A stretch of DNA of 63,692 nt, filler included, from Reticulomyxa filosa (lineage: Eukaryota > Protista > Foraminifera), in the NCBI GenBank assembly GCA_000512085.1. It is 14 parts of 14 records of this genome, joined end to end, with 100 filler letters (N's around TTAATTAATTAA, not from the genome) between each part and the next. Parts side by side here need not be neighbours in the genome. Positions count along the whole stretch, not along the records: positions 1 to 14,105 come from ASPP01019918.1; 13 more parts are not named here. One strand, given 5' to 3'. The first letter of the stretch is position 1. Each line of letters begins with the position of its first letter. Below the pieces are notes generated by a model. That model made no database searches. It saw only the letters and a list, made by a program, of their open reading frames with translations, and was not told the DNA's origin. Both the position numbers and the translations under genes were made by a program. This document shows, piece by piece, positions 1 to 14,105 of the stretch.

Positions 1-89
1 GAATAATAATATATGTTCATGTATACATATATGTATACATATATATTAATGATAACAAATCTGATACGACATATATACACATACACACA

Positions 90-2721
90 AATGATTGGAA
101 CAAGTACTGTCTATGCGTACTGCCATGCCAGTGATCCATTCGACCCAATGACTTGCAATGGCCGTTGGGTCATTGGCAACAGTTCTACCTTCTATCCAAG
201 CACAAAGATGAGAACTTACAACAGCACGTGCGCACTCGCCCCAACCCTGAAGCCGACCACATTTCCAACGCGTGAACCCACTCCTTTACCAACACCGCTC
301 CCCACTCGACAGCCATCTCCCCGACCAACCACAGCGGTGCCCACTCACTCAACCCATGCCATTCTCACTTCCACTGGAGGAACTTTACATCAAGACAATA
401 AAACCCGTTGCGAAAATCCCCTTTTTATTTCATTTTACTTTATTTTTGTTTTTGTGACGAATGACAATTATAAATACATATATGTATGCATGTAATATAT
501 GACGTATATCGCATGTGCACGTAATATATTTGAAAGCTGTTTTGTATTGTGATTGTGATAGTGAACCAGAGTTACATGCTGCTGATAATTTCGGTAATCG
601 TGTTGGGATGTCTGTTTGCCACGTGCGGTGGACTTTGTGTATGGTATTTGTGCGAGCGACGCAAACTAATGCGACACAAAAAAGAAGGCGGAACGGACGT
701 GATAGTAACGAAACTGGACGCGCTAATGGAAAAGCACCAGCAGTCGGCGAACCAAGAGCATGGCCCAATGGACCAAGACAAATCGCAATGGAGCAACCAA
801 CTCCCAGTCGACAATGTCAGCATCCCTTCCAACGAACACTTGCACCAACTTTTGGCGCAAAACGACCCCGCGGAAAAAATGGATTTGATCATGGAATACG
901 ACCCTTCGAGACCCGGCGTTCAACTTGGCTTGGAGCCTAAAAAGCCCGCGTCCGAGGACGGCTCCAACAATCACGAGAGCGACAACGACGTAGTAGTCAA
1001 ATACCATCCCGACACCTCCAATACTCCCCGTTCACTCGCCCAAAATGCATTTGCTTTTGGAGCCAATCCTCAGCAAAATGCAAGTTTCGTTGTTACATGA
1101 CTGGCACTGTTCAACTGTGCGTGCAAAGAGAAGACCAAAAAAAAAAGATCTACTTGGAAGGATATATTACAACATATACATATATGTATATATAATTTTT
1201 TTTTTTTTTTTTTTTTTTTGGAATAAAAGATGAAGGATATCGACGCTCCACCATAGACGAGCCAGAAGGGGGCTACGTAGAAACTGCAAACACTGAGGTG
1301 GCATTTCCATCTGTAGTTACTGCCACGGTGATATCTCGCGAAAATCAACAATCGCAAATCGATGTTGGTGTGTCACTTTTTATTGAAAGCAATTTATTTA
1401 TATTCTAAAAAAATAAAAAAAAATAAAAAAATAAGGATTAGTCATGTTTGTGTGTATATACATGGACTACTGTGAAACAAAGGCATGGAGGTCGAAATGG
1501 CAGAAAGACACTTGCCGGACACTCGTGGCGAAGGCGAACATAACGACGAGGATGAAGAAGCAAATCGCTTGCAAGATAGAAACAAAAATAGAGAAGAGAT
1601 GGAAGATGAACAAAAAGCGGTGATTCTCCCGGCCAAAGACAATTCGACGCCCATTACGGATGCGCTTACGCCAGCAAATTCGACCAATGAGAAAGACAAC
1701 TCTCCAGTGGAAAGTGGTTCCAGCGACACAACCAAAGTTGCGTCTGCAAATGATCACTATGTTTATTCCAACCCTTCCTCTTCCAAACGTGTGGAACATG
1801 CGCATGCAGCGAATAAGGGATACAATAGTGCGGTCCATGCCACGCCTTATCGCAATGACAAAGACGTGGTCAATCGTTATCACATTGCTCCGCCAAGGAA
1901 GGCCTCATCCCCACCGTCACCATTTTTAAATGATGAAAAGGATGAACCGGACGAACATGCCAATGGTAATGGTGGTGATAAAGATGATGACGACGACGAT
2001 GATGATAATGATGACAATAATGAACGGAAAGAAATGAAAGGGCAAATGTACCAACACCACTTTGGTGGCAATCTTGATGCAAAACTGAAACAAGAGACTG
2101 CAATGAAGTCAACAGCATCGGGACAATCTTTGGGAATTGCTTCTCCGTTTGGATTGAAACAACGTCCCGTTAATCAACTGGAGTTGCCAGCTACCATTCA
2201 TTTTGGACATGTGCGAACCGATTCTAACGGATCCAACTTGTCCGAAAAAATTTGGGGGGATAAAGATGCCAAGCATGATGAAAATGTATACGTCCCAAAT
2301 AAAGAGAGTGACAACATGTTCCTTGAGGTTATATTGTCGTTTCCTTTCTCTTTCCTTCTTTGGTTTGAAAAAAAACAACATTGTTTTTTGCATTTACTTT
2401 TAGGAACAAAACGATATGGTAGTTGGTACAGTCGGAGACGATAAAACAAAAACAAATCTTGGACAAACTCCTTCACGTCCACAAAAAAAGGCATATAATG
2501 TAATGATTGCAGACAGAATGATGAATTCAATCGATGTTGAAAATCCTTTTGAAAAAGATGAACCTTTGGATGCAAATGACGACAACGAAACCGTCATGTC
2601 ACAAGAATCGGCTTCTACCGAGACAAAGGCAACACAATCCATTGAAAAGAAACAACCAAGGCATCCCTGGTTATCCCCATCAAATGTTGATGCCAGCAAA
2701 ACTCATGAAAAATCGACATAA
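90..2721 (+). CDS. Single-pass membrane protein with Pro/Thr (PT-repeat, mucin-like) stalk and long acidic low-complexity cytoplasmic tail; multi-exon, 5' partial
   Basis: PTxxPT repeats (about 240-340) and TM segment LLIISVIVLGCLFATCGGLCVWYLC followed by RRK. ORFs 13-495, 549-1100, 1485-2444 and 2416-2721 join via phase-compatible GT-AG introns at 1084-1229, 1368-1482 and 2328-2403, plus one at about 407-560. An extra exon at 1230-1367 is missing from the ORF track. Confidence 0.7.
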
Positions 2722-3076
2722 AAAACTTAATATCACATTTTTTTTTTTTACTTTCCACCCTCGATAAATCAAAACAATTCATGCTTTTTTTGTATTTTAT
2801 TGCGACAGCGTGTTAATTGTTGAACAAGCGAGTGGTCCCTTTTTGTTTTTGTTTGTCTGCAAAAGGTATATCGTGAAACTGCTACTTGTTTTTGTTTTAC
2901 CGTTTGTGAATTTTTGTGTTTGAATTCGTGAATTCACAGGACAAGAAAAATCGCTGATTACAGATTTTAAAATTCTTTTAAAAAATAAAAAGATTTTGAA
3001 TAAAAGTCAACTCTCCAAATTAATCATAGCTATTTTTTTTCCACCAAGTATACATAAAAAAAAAAGCTTGCCATTT

Positions 3077-4063
3077 TCAATTTCTTTTCTTTGCGTACGT
3101 TTTATCAAAAAAGTTACCAAATAAAATCAAAAAGGAAGTATTCACAAACAAAGAGAAAGATACTATCAATGGACTACCACTGCACTGCTTTGGTGTGTTA
3201 ATATCACTAAGAAAAGAATCCCAGGACTGGCTGCTGCTCTTGCACAAATAATACCATAAAAATATCACAACAAAGATCGACAAAAACTGCAAAATTTGGA
3301 ATTGTGTGACATATTTTTTCCACCATGGAGCAGTGCAAGCAATAGTCGAAAAGTAATAATAATACTATATTTCGCAGTCACAATTTTGTGCATTATCGGA
3401 AAAAATAGAAGAAGATACACAAAAAAAACGAATGCTTATACCATTAAAACGTGAACACTGCTATTAACAAATACTGCGTACCTGTTAAAAAATTTTCAAT
3501 ATTATGCAAAAAAAAAAATAAATTGTAAATTCAATAAAATTCACGAAAATATGACACAAGGGGCATTAAGGGACATTATGTCGGTTTATGGAACCCACAT
3601 GCCCAACATTTTTTTTTAACACTTACCAAGTAAATGTCCATTGATATTTTAGCCACAGCCAGGGAACGAGGATCATGATAGCATGGTGGTACACATGGAG
3701 AAAAATTAACTTTTTCTTTTTAAGCACTAAAATGATTGTGTCAATTAACTCGTAATATTTGCTGACATACCAGATAAATAACCATTTACGAGCAAACTTT
3801 TCCCATTGCTTAGCATTGGAATCCAGCACAATTGCACGCCATCCGCTTTCTACGATTGAGTGGTATGCATTCCATGCGACGCCACTTGCCATTACCAAAG
3901 ACCAGATGCATAAAAAAAAATTGTGAAATGCAGAAAATGCTTTCAGTCCCATTTCAGGTCGAGACGCCATAACTTGCTGCAGGACTTGTAATATGACCAC
4001 GTAGCCAATCATTGTGCCAACGACACAAATTGGAGACATGAAAAACTCCTCAATGTTGTCCAT
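3077..4063 (-). CDS. Fatty acid elongase (ELO/GNS1/SUR4 family), 3 exons
   Basis: SKYYELIDT, FLHVYHH (HxxHH), NSSVHVLM-YYYF, WWKKYVTQFQILQF, and a C-terminal KKRN ER-retention-like motif. Canonical introns at about 3627-3482 and 3440-3365. Confidence 0.93.
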
Positions 4064-6076
4064 TTCTTATTTATCTGCTGGGTTAAGACAAACGGACTTT
4101 GTTAGCTTAACAAAAAAACTACTAAAGTAGTTCTGAAATTTAAAAATTACATTTGCGAAAATTTTCCATTTTTCCACAGAAAATACAATTTAAATTTCGA
4201 ATATATATTTGAAAAAAAAGAATAAAAGATAGTTTAAAAATTTCAAAAAAAAAGTGTTGTGCATATGCTATGACATTTATATTTATATTTGATTTACTTT
4301 AATATACTGTAAATTGAAAAAAATCGACAAAACATTATTGATTTGTGCAATAATATTTTCAAAACAAAACATAACATTTTTAATTTTGAAATATAAATAT
4401 ATATTTGTAGTACACTAAAATCAGCACATTAATCACACTTTTTATACAAATTCATTTTTAAAGATTATGATTTGCAGTTAAAAACTTATTAGTTTTGATA
4501 TTAATTTTAGCTAATTAATTATAATAAATCGGTAAATTGCATCATAAAAAAATTCATTGACAAAAGTAATGACTAAACAGGAAAAAAACGTAAACATTAA
4601 TGTGGAATTTATGATACTGATATTTGTTTAATACTTTTTCTTATATTATTCGAAGAACAGATCTTTACATACTTTGTACGTATACATTTTATTTGCCCAG
4701 ATTAATATACATTGATAATGGAGAAACTTTGACGCTTCAAACAGAGACTAAGTAAACTCGATCAACATTTTAGTGTATTTGTGGAAGAATTGGATTTAAA
4801 AATAACACATATAGAGTCTTCCAAGCACACAATTATATGAAAGTTTCTCAATCTATTGCCACTGTAGTACTCATGATGTCGTAATAAGTAATTCGCGCAC
4901 TACAAGTGAACTTTGGAACCCTTTATTCTAAAAACACACTACTCACTTTCACGACTTGTTGAATTTTGTTGTTTATTTTCTCTTTTATTTAAATCATTAA
5001 TCTTTTGTTTTAAATTGCTCAACAGAGCGAAAACCTTTCGTATTACAGTTTGCACACCTCTTTCAGCAGCAGGAAAACCCACACCACGAATAAACAAAAG
5101 GTATAATTTTTTTTAATTGGGCATTTGGATGACTGCCATGCTTCTTTAGTAAAATTCTTACAACCTTTTCAAAATTTTAAGCATAGGGGCAAACACAACG
5201 TCAATATTACAGTCTAATAGCTAATGCCCAGAATCAAACAGAAACTAACAACAGGCATATATTTCTGATTGGATACAAGAAAAAACGCTATTCTTAATTT
5301 TTAATAAATGACGTTTTTTATTATTTGTTTTTTTGTTTCATTTGCTCTTTGAAATGTTGTACATGTGAACTTTGCTTTTGATAGTACAATCTTGCTAAGC
5401 AAAAAAAATCAAGCACAAACGAATTGCTAAACAATTTAGCAGTAATATAAATGCAGCCGAATCATGACGTATGTTTTATGTGTTTCATTGTTTTAAAGCA
5501 ACTGGATCAATACTATCAGATTGAATGTTATGAGATAGAAAAGTGTCTTTTTCAGGGGACTGTTTCTAAGCCCAGTTCAAATGTCTATTATTTTTTTATA
5601 GCTATTTTCATTAGAGCATCCGACAAGAGGCGGTTCAGTTTAGCTTGAGCTTCAAGTACCTAATTTTGATCGGCCAAAAAAAGGACATGGCTTGTAAAGT
5701 TTCTGAATTGTTCAGAAGCTCATCGTTTATTTTGTTGGCGATTTTGATGGGTGTACTTGTCAGTTAGGAGGTTGCCAACAGTAGACGTCCCGAGCAAAAT
5801 TTCAACAAGAAGTGAAAATAATTTAAACAACAAACTGGCACAAACAAAAAAATAAAGGAAACAACAGAAGCTGATAAAAAGATCAAAAAGGAGTTTAGTG
5901 AAAAAGGGTTCAAAGCTCTCCTGGGACTTTGACACAGCAGTAGGGCATTGCTGTACAGGATCAAAATACTTGACCAGAATATTAATTTTTTAAAAGACAA
6001 GTATTAATCCATCTCAAAAGTGCTCTTTTTTTCATTTATTTGAACTTTATTACAATTTTTGGGACAGAAAAAAAGA

Positions 6077-7837
6077 TTATAAGTGTTGCAAACGACCGGC
6101 CAAACTTTTGAACATGACAGGAAAAAGTACATCAGTTGAATACGAGATTCCTTTTCTGACAATACGAACAAAAGACTGTGAGCTTTCCTTTTCATCTTCA
6201 ACAACAGTGATCAAAATGCCCTCGTTTTTCAATTGTGCCTTCAAGGTGAAAACGTCGTCACGAGTGACAGCAGCACCACAGTAAATAGCATCGAAAGGAC
6301 CTTTCTCCGCCCATCCAATATTAGCACGCCATTGATTTGGGTGACAATTCATGGTACCATATTCCACAAGTTGTGTTAATCCAATTGATGCGGCATTTTT
6401 TTGTGCCTGCGCGATTAATTCGGGATGAAATTCAATACCAAATGCTTTTGGTTCAATCTGTCTATTCTTATTCAATTGGTATGTCCATATCATTGCTGCC
6501 AAGCAACATAAATATCCAGTTCCACATCCAACTTCCAAAAAACGAATATTATTAGCATCTTTATCCTTTTCTTTTTCTTGTCCAGATGATATCAGCAACT
6601 TATCTTTCAATAAATTTAAAACATGACAATGAATATCTGGAGATGACAGATTGACACCCAACCCAATTGAACATGACTGATAGCGAGAATAAGGATCTTC
6701 TCGTTTATCGACAAATAATTGTCTATCTACACGTATCAATGCATGTTGAAATTCCGGGACATTCCAAGCTTGTTTCATGGATGGACGATCAGCGGCTTTG
6801 AAATACTCTTCGCATTTGCGAACGACTTGAAACTGTACCAACATACCCTGTTTTTCTTTGCTACTTTCCACTGGTATACGTTTTGCTAAAGTACTTTGCT
6901 GGTCTTCCCATCGCGTTGTCAAGTCCTGCACTTTTTTGCAAAGTCCAAATACCATTGATGTCAATTCTTCATTTTTTTTTTCCAGTGTTTCAAGTTTTTT
7001 TCCCATTTCCATTTCTATCTTTTCTATTCGTTCTTCCATTCTTAACGACCATTCCTCTGTTTTCTTTTTTTTTTTTTGAATAAACGTCTAAAAAATTGAC
7101 GACGATAAGAAAGCTTTTTATTTTTTTCCTTTTTTTGCATGTACCTCATCACTTGAAGATGCCTTTGAATTTTGCTTAAATTGTAAAAAATCATCTTTTA
7201 ACAATTGCAAATGTTTGGTGACAAAACATTGATTGTGCAAGTGCGTATTGGCTTGCACAATTGTATGCTCGCAACCAATGTCATGGAAATGACAGGAAAC
7301 GGATCGATAATCGCAATTAATCAAATGCTCTTCAAGACTTTTTAAAGTACCTGTCCATCGGCATGTTGTTTGGGAAGAGTCTTCTTTACTTTCTTTGGTG
7401 TCACTACTGTACCCTTCCATTGAAAAAGATACTGTAGATGAACCACTTTGTGATTGCACTTCACCTTGAATTGACTTGTTAAGATTGGACGATAGTGTAC
7501 CATTTGGACAGTACACTTTGGATTGTTCGATCTTTCTACGTACAAAGACACAAGGATCAAAATTTACGCTCTTGTGACTGCTGTTCAATGGACATTTATT
7601 TCCGTTGGTCGAAAGATACGTCGATATACATGGTTCGCAAAATGTGGACACATCGTCCCCGTTATGGTCTTCGTTACAATTCAGTACAACCGCTGAACGA
7701 CATACAAAACTACACAAGGAGCACGTAAAATCTTGCAAAGTTGCAGGATTGACAAAGAGTTGGGTCGGATAACCTTTTTTATTGTCCAAAGTTAAAGGCT
7801 CAAAAATGTCCTCTGGAACATAATATGGAACAGACAT
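6077..7837 (-). CDS. RING/TRAF-type zinc finger + coiled coil + protein-L-isoaspartate O-methyltransferase (PCMT) fusion
   Basis: Exon 1 has CSLC..CNEDH..FCEPC..CP (RING-like), VYCPN..CRWTGTLKSLEEHLINC and CHFHDIGC..HN..KHL (TRAF Zn fingers). A phase-0 intron at 7144-7055 joins it to a coiled coil and the PCMT motifs VDRQLFV, NLSSPDIH, FLEVGCGTGY, GIEFHPELIAQA, GPFDAIYCGAA, QLKNEGILI and VMFKSL. Confidence 0.8.
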
Positions 7838-8184
7838 AATGGTTGAAGGCCTGGAAGGGATCACTGCTGTAAAATTTTTTTTAGACTATAACAGAAAAAT
7901 CATTTACTTTATTATTATTTTATTTGATCACAAGTTTTGGCACCAAGTTAGTTGTTTTCTGATATATTACTGCTTTTTACTTTCATTCATGATAAAATTA
8001 ATAGTTGGATTTGTTGGATCTTTTCTATTCTAGTTTATGTATTGTTTGTTACACATATCAACTGAACCAAAGAAGAGTAAATCTAATAATCAAACACAAA
8101 AAATGTATATAATTGATAACGATAAAAATCAAAAACGAAATATTACATAAATTTGAATTAGCTTGTTTTTGACTAACAGTAATA

Positions 8185-9393
8185 CAGTATATTGCAAAAA
8201 AAACTGCAATATATAAATGGCATCATATGAAGATAATCAATTTTCTACATGAAAAATAAAGATTTAAACCTAATTTTTTTTTTAAAGAAATATATACTAA
8301 TCTTGTAGTTTTTAAATATTTAATTCCTTTTTTTTTTGCTAATTTTCTTTATTGTCGATATTTTTAATTGATATTTCAAAATTTTGATATTTAAAATGGT
8401 GAAACATTTGATTGATTTTAAGAAAGGAGTTGCTGTTGGTATGCTGATTAGTGGAGCTGGAATTCGATATGTAGCAAAGAAATTTAATGTAAGTATAGAT
8501 TCGCTTCGATTTTGGCTGGCGTCATATAAGTGCAATGGAACTTTAAAAAAAAAAGTTGTTCAGAGAAAATTCATTATATCACAAAGCTAAAGAAATAATA
8601 GGTTGTTTAAAAAAAATAATATATAACTGATAAATTTTCATCAAAATTCACAACCTAAATCCAATTTGGAACATTTGGTGGATAATTAAAGTAAAATTAT
8701 CCACCAAGGCAAAAAAATTAACAACAAACAGAACTTTGTGAAAAATTTGAAAAAATATGAAAAAACTTATATTAAATTATGTCAAGCTCTAGTTGGATCA
8801 ATGCAAAGTAGAATTGAAGTTATAATCAATGTACAAGGAAAACAAACAAAATGGTAAAAACATGTAGAGAGATGCAAGAAAGAGAGCTCAGCTAAACTAA
8901 ACGTATAAGAAAATTGAGAATAAAGAGAATTGAATGTTTTATGAGTTGAGTTATTACAACTCTGGAGTCAGTTATGACTCATGTATCACTACAAACATTA
9001 CAAAAAAACAAGTTTTTAACAAATTTTGAATTTTTTTTTGATTATTTGAAATTTTTTTATTAAAAATTACGAAAGATACAAGGCTAATCTTTTTTTAAAG
9101 TATCTACTTGACTTAAAGATTTCTAAAATGAAAACAAAAAGTTAAAAAATTTCTTATTTGCAATACATGTTCAATTTATATGAACTCCTTCGAAATTTTT
9201 AAAAACTATTTAAAAAATCATATTTTTGATAAACCTGAAAAACTTATTATAAAACCAATTTCATATTTAAAAACTACAAGATTAACAGATATTTTTTAAA
9301 AAATTATGTTTAAATCTTTATTTTTCATGGAGAAAATCGATTATCTTCATATAATGCCATTTATGTATTGCAGTTTTTTTTTGCAATTTACTG
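8185..9393 (+). mobile_element. Internally deleted Tc1/mariner-family DNA transposon (non-autonomous)
   Basis: Ends read TA|CAGT...ACTG|TA with about 135-bp imperfect TIRs (8185-~8319 and ~9263-9393). It contains a transposase N-terminal HTH (MVKHLIDFKKGVAVGMLISGAGIRYVAKKFNVS) and a C-terminal remnant (LNPIWNIW..LVGSMQSRIEVIINVQGKQTKW). Most of the DDE core is missing. Confidence 0.9.
8397..8837 (+). pseudogene. Tc1 transposase remnant
   Basis: An HTH region, then stops and frameshifts. The SPDLNPIE motif has decayed to LNPIW, and the C-terminal SM..RI..I...G..TK motif is retained. Confidence 0.8.
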
Positions 9394-10039
9394 TACTAGA
9401 GCGACATTCATAATGCAACGCTAGCAGTAAAAAAAAATAGTAAAATAGAATTTCCTGCACAACAAATATATAAAATTTGAACAACATATGAAAGCGCTTA
9501 GTGCAGCAAACGATACACAAGTTTTAAATTTCAAATTTTGCAAAGTTCTAAACACACTTAAAAAGCAAATGCACAAACATAAAAGTGTAAAAATTTATTG
9601 ATCAGTAACTAAAAAATAAAAATGTTAAATAAGTTCAAATAAAAATACAACACATTTGCTTTAAATTAAAAAAGTGCAACAACAGCGTAAGTTTATTTTT
9701 CATTTAAAAAAAAAAAGTCAAAAAAATGAAAAAGTAATAGTTTATATCTGACGCCGGGTACAAACTAATACTTTTGCTTTTTTGTCTTTTTTTGATCCAG
9801 GACAAAAATCTAGCGATATCAATATAAAAATGGTTCTTAAGAATTTTCTTAAGGAATATATTTACAGTGTAAATAAACAACGTTATATTACGAAAATGTA
9901 AGTAGAAGTAGTATATCCATTAAAATTTCGTTATTCTCACTTGATCCAGATTTTATTTAAAAAATGTTGCAAAATTTGCATATTTGATTTTTCATAATTT
10001 GTTTGATCGTGCAATAGCAACATTAACTTGCTTAAAAAA

Positions 10040-13000
10040 AAATTATGGCTGTGCTCAACAAACACAAAGAATTGATAACACCAAGTTTTAAAGCAAATAA
10101 ATTTCATTGCTTTGGCCTACTCGTGAGGCAATGATGCAAATTAATTGTTTTAGATCATCCAACAAAATAAGAAGTTGGACAAAGTACTCTTTCATTTCAC
10201 GCCAATTGCAATCAAATGTTGCATTGGGAAAAAAAACATCTTTGCTGGAACATTGACGTCCTGTTTATTATTTCAAGTTGCTATCTTGCGTGAATTTATG
10301 CGAAAAAAAAGATAGTGTAACTTGTCGCAATTGATCTACTGGAAACGATTGAACAGAAAAACGATATCGATTAAGATTGTAAATGCCGGGGGCATCAAAT
10401 ACTGCTTGCAGTTCAATATTTATATATCCCCCTGGATAAAGATGTTCATGTTGAAAAGAAGTATTTCCAAACCAATGATAACGCGAACGAATAGAAGGTT
10501 CTTTATGGGTTACAAACGTTCGTAAGCTGTTCATCATAATATTGTCACAAGAAGATTAAAAAGAGCAATTAAACGCAAAAGAGATGAATTATTCAGCTCA
10601 ACTTGTTGTCAAATTCTTCATTTTGTGCAAGTGTCTCAAACGTAAATGAAACGCACTCTTTTCTGGAAATATTCAAAACCATCAACTGGACATCACAAGA
10701 TACTTTTTCGTTCCTGTATCAAGTCATGAAGGAGACCAGAGATAGTTTTTAAATCGCAGTGGATAGAAAAACAACAAACAAGCCCACATCTCAGACCAAA
10801 ACTGAAGAAGCGGCTTTACACGTAACTTGGATGTCATTGGCAATGTTTTTGGGTATTTGATGGCCACTCGTAAAGGACAGCCAGTGTGGCCTTCAACTTG
10901 AGAAAACACAAAAGGTTCGTTCGAGAAATGGAATCCGTATCTTTTTTGCCGAAGAATTTTTGGCAAATGAGCCAAATCTTCATTAATTTTGACGTCCATC
11001 TGTTCTTTGGAAAATTGGTTGATCCTTTGAACGTCAGCATTGTCATCGTTTGAATGCCCTATTTTCCCGGCTGGCCTCAATGGAGGGGGTAATGTTATCA
11101 ACGGAGGCTGTCCAGTTGCAGTACTAGTGCTATTCGCTTCACCGTCACTGACCTTCGATGGCAAAGTTTCTGTCGTATCTGTGTATGGCTTTGAGGCCAT
11201 GTCCAGAGGATGATCTTCGAGAACATTATCGCCTTTATTATTGATGTTGGTGCTAACGCTGACAGTAGTAGTTTGACTCACCAATGGGGATTCTAGGCTG
11301 GAACTGCTCGACAAAGACTGCTGACTCGTCAAAGTGTCCAAATAGTTGGATATTCTTGGGGACTCAGTGATTTCAAATGCAATCACGATTTCTAATTCAT
11401 TATCGTGCCTTTGTGGTGTCCTTCCACAAGCTATTAGTCAATCAAATCGGCAAATTAAAAAAAAAAGACAAAAATGAACTAAAACAAAACTAAAAAAAAT
11501 TATCTGATTTAACAAAGTACAACACAGCATACCTTTGCTGATCTGTTGTATTCTTTCCAACCATCGCAGAAACTTTTTTTTGACAAACTCATGGACTATC
11601 CCTTTCGATGAGCCCAACACTTTTTTTACAACTTCATTTTCTTTTTCGTTTCCGTGCAATTTTGCTCGTTGCTGTGCTACCAGCGGGGTCAAGTGTGAAA
11701 AGGCAATCTCCTCCTCTTTTTGGACATCCTTTTTTTTTTTTAAAAAAAAAAAAAAAAAGGAGGAATGTACAAATAAATAAAATTAAAAAAACTCCTCTCC
11801 TTTCGGGAAAAAATAGAGTCAGACAGCAAAAAACGAAACAAAGTCTTGCAAGCTAATTGTGTACTCCTTATCCAACGTGAATGTCTGATGTTCGAAATCT
11901 GAGTCTTTTTCCACTGGCAAGAGTTTCAAGAAGACAACGGAGTTACTCAGACCTTTCACAGGTTTGAGTTTCCTATAAAACGAAGCCGTTAGAAAAAGAA
12001 TTATCTATATATATACAATATATATATATATATATATATATAAACACAGAGGTCAAAACTCATGTTCAATTAAGGTTTGTATACGCCAATGTGCAGCAAG
12101 ACAAGTAATATGTTTGATAACAATCCAAGGCGATTTTTCCGACTCGGACAAAGTGCGCAAGGCATTTCGCTTTTCTTCGTTCGCAACTTCGGAGTCGATG
12201 GCGTTGGAGAGAATGGATAAATAGCGATGGTGACGCACAAGAGCAAGAGATGAAGTTGACGCAGAAGCAGAATCGGAAAAGAGAAAAGTTTGCAACTGCT
12301 CATTGCCGGCTTCGTCGATGCCCCTGCGAGACGTGCCACCAGAGGATTCGTGTTCAAGTGTATCGAGCAAATCAAAGCCCGTCAAATCATTGGCTTTTCC
12401 AGGGAACTTGAGCACGTCATTGCAAATATTTTCAATCTCAACGCCCAATATATACTGTCCAACATCACCAAAGTGATTTCTGGTGAATAACGACATATTC
12501 AACAATGGCTCTACCAACAATTGACGTGACAAGCATAAGACACGATCTGGAGCCTGGTGCGCGTTGTATTGAGTCTTTTATTTATTTTATTATTATTATT
12601 ATTATTTGTTTGTTTGTTATTGTCGATAGTATCAATTGTTTAGTAAAAGTTTTCACATTTCACGAAACTTTCATCAAGTTTTGTGAATTTGAAGAATGTT
12701 CCAAAACGAACAACTAACTTGATGGGCATGATCATTTCCGGCAGTGAAGTGATGAAGGGTGTTATAACCAATAACGAGCTGCAATAAAAAGTCGCCGATC
12801 ATATCTCCTTGCAACCATAGTACCAAACAAGTCATTTCTCCGGGTTTCAGGATTTGATTCAGCGCAATAATCTCTTCTTCGTACGACTTGTTGTTTTTGT
12901 TTGCGTCGCTTCGACTGCTACTTGGGGTCTCACTTGTCATTGTTTCTTCCACCTTAATAGGGTCGAGTATTTTCACGTCGTCCAGCCATTTCATGATCAG

Positions 13001-14030
13001 GTCGTAACTATTGCCTGTCTCCTTGGAAAAGCCCGACAAACGCCGTATTTGCTCTCCGTTCAATGTGCTCACACACATCAATTGTGGCAGGTTTAATCGC
13101 AAGGCAATATTGCTTGCCGGAAGCGAGCCAGTGTTGCTTAGTCCAAAGATAACAGGAACGAGCTCTCCATGGTATATCGAGTGCGGAAACCCAAAGTCTT
13201 CGTGAATGTGGCAATGCACACATGCTTGTGGAGGCTTCATTTGGAATTTGAAATTTGGACTTCGATCCTCATCGTTTCTGGATAATTCCATTTCAATTGG
13301 TTTGTATGTGTGTGTGTGTGTTTAGCATTATCGTTATTGTTATTATTTATTATTTATTATTTATTATTTTTTTTATTTTCCCTTCTCCTCGTTTTTCCAA
13401 ACAATAAACGAAGTAATACATAATAACGTAACAAAAAGTGATGAATGGATTTGTGATCGGATTCAAAGTTGGCAACGGCCTTTGCACCTGCGCTTAAGAA
13501 AGCGTGAGGAGACACAGAGGACGTGGATTTGACAGCGATAAGCGCACGATCAAATCTGTGGAACCCTTGCATGCAATTGAACACTTGCCAACGGATGCCA
13601 ACGATTTCCATTTCCAACCCATCCATTGCTGCGTGTTGAACGGACACACTTAATGATACCTTAAATAACCATAGTTGTTTTGTTTTGCATTTGCTTGTAC
13701 ATTATTTCTCTCTTTTTGCACATATACATATGTACATGCATCTTATTTCTTTTTCCCCTCCCTTCTCTCTCTCTCTCTCCCCTGTCAATGTACTACAATC
13801 GAAATGAATAAAAAAATAACTGGTTTGCTTTCTTCAGGCTGCAGCGTTAAGAACACAGGGTTGTAAGCAAATAGATCGTCATAACCCAACAGCATGCGAT
13901 CATTGTTGCTCGACAATGAGTTCTTCACGACACAATGCAAACACAAATGGTTTACAATCAATTCTCGTTTCAGAGGGTTGGTCACTTGTACGTTTACAGT
14001 CACTTTTTCTAAATTCGTGTTGTTTTGTAT
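10040..14030 (-). CDS. TRAPP complex subunit TRAPPC8/Trs85-like, C-terminal part; multi-exon, 5' truncated by contig end
   Basis: VQVTNPL..LIVNHLCL, LTLQPEESKP, EIVGIRWQV, PHSIYHGELVPV..LSNTG, LVEPLLNMS..QYILGVEIEN and YHWFGNTS..IELQAVFDAPGIYNLNRY resemble Trs85 Ig-like repeats. Boundaries are approximate. Confidence 0.65.
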
Positions 14031-14105
14031 GTACAAAGACATGTGATAACAAATTAAAAGTAAAAAAAAAAAAAAAAAAAGCATAATTAAAAAGCCACTT
14101 CAAAC

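Noticed and set aside
370-560. Possible non-canonical (GA) splice donor in the first gene
   Set aside because: A canonical, phase-compatible GT donor at about 407 and AG acceptor at about 560 explain the junction.
4950-5950. Short coding-like remnants (ankyrin-like KVVRILLKKHGSHPN on -, charged stretch on +)
   Set aside because: Too short and too interrupted to assign.
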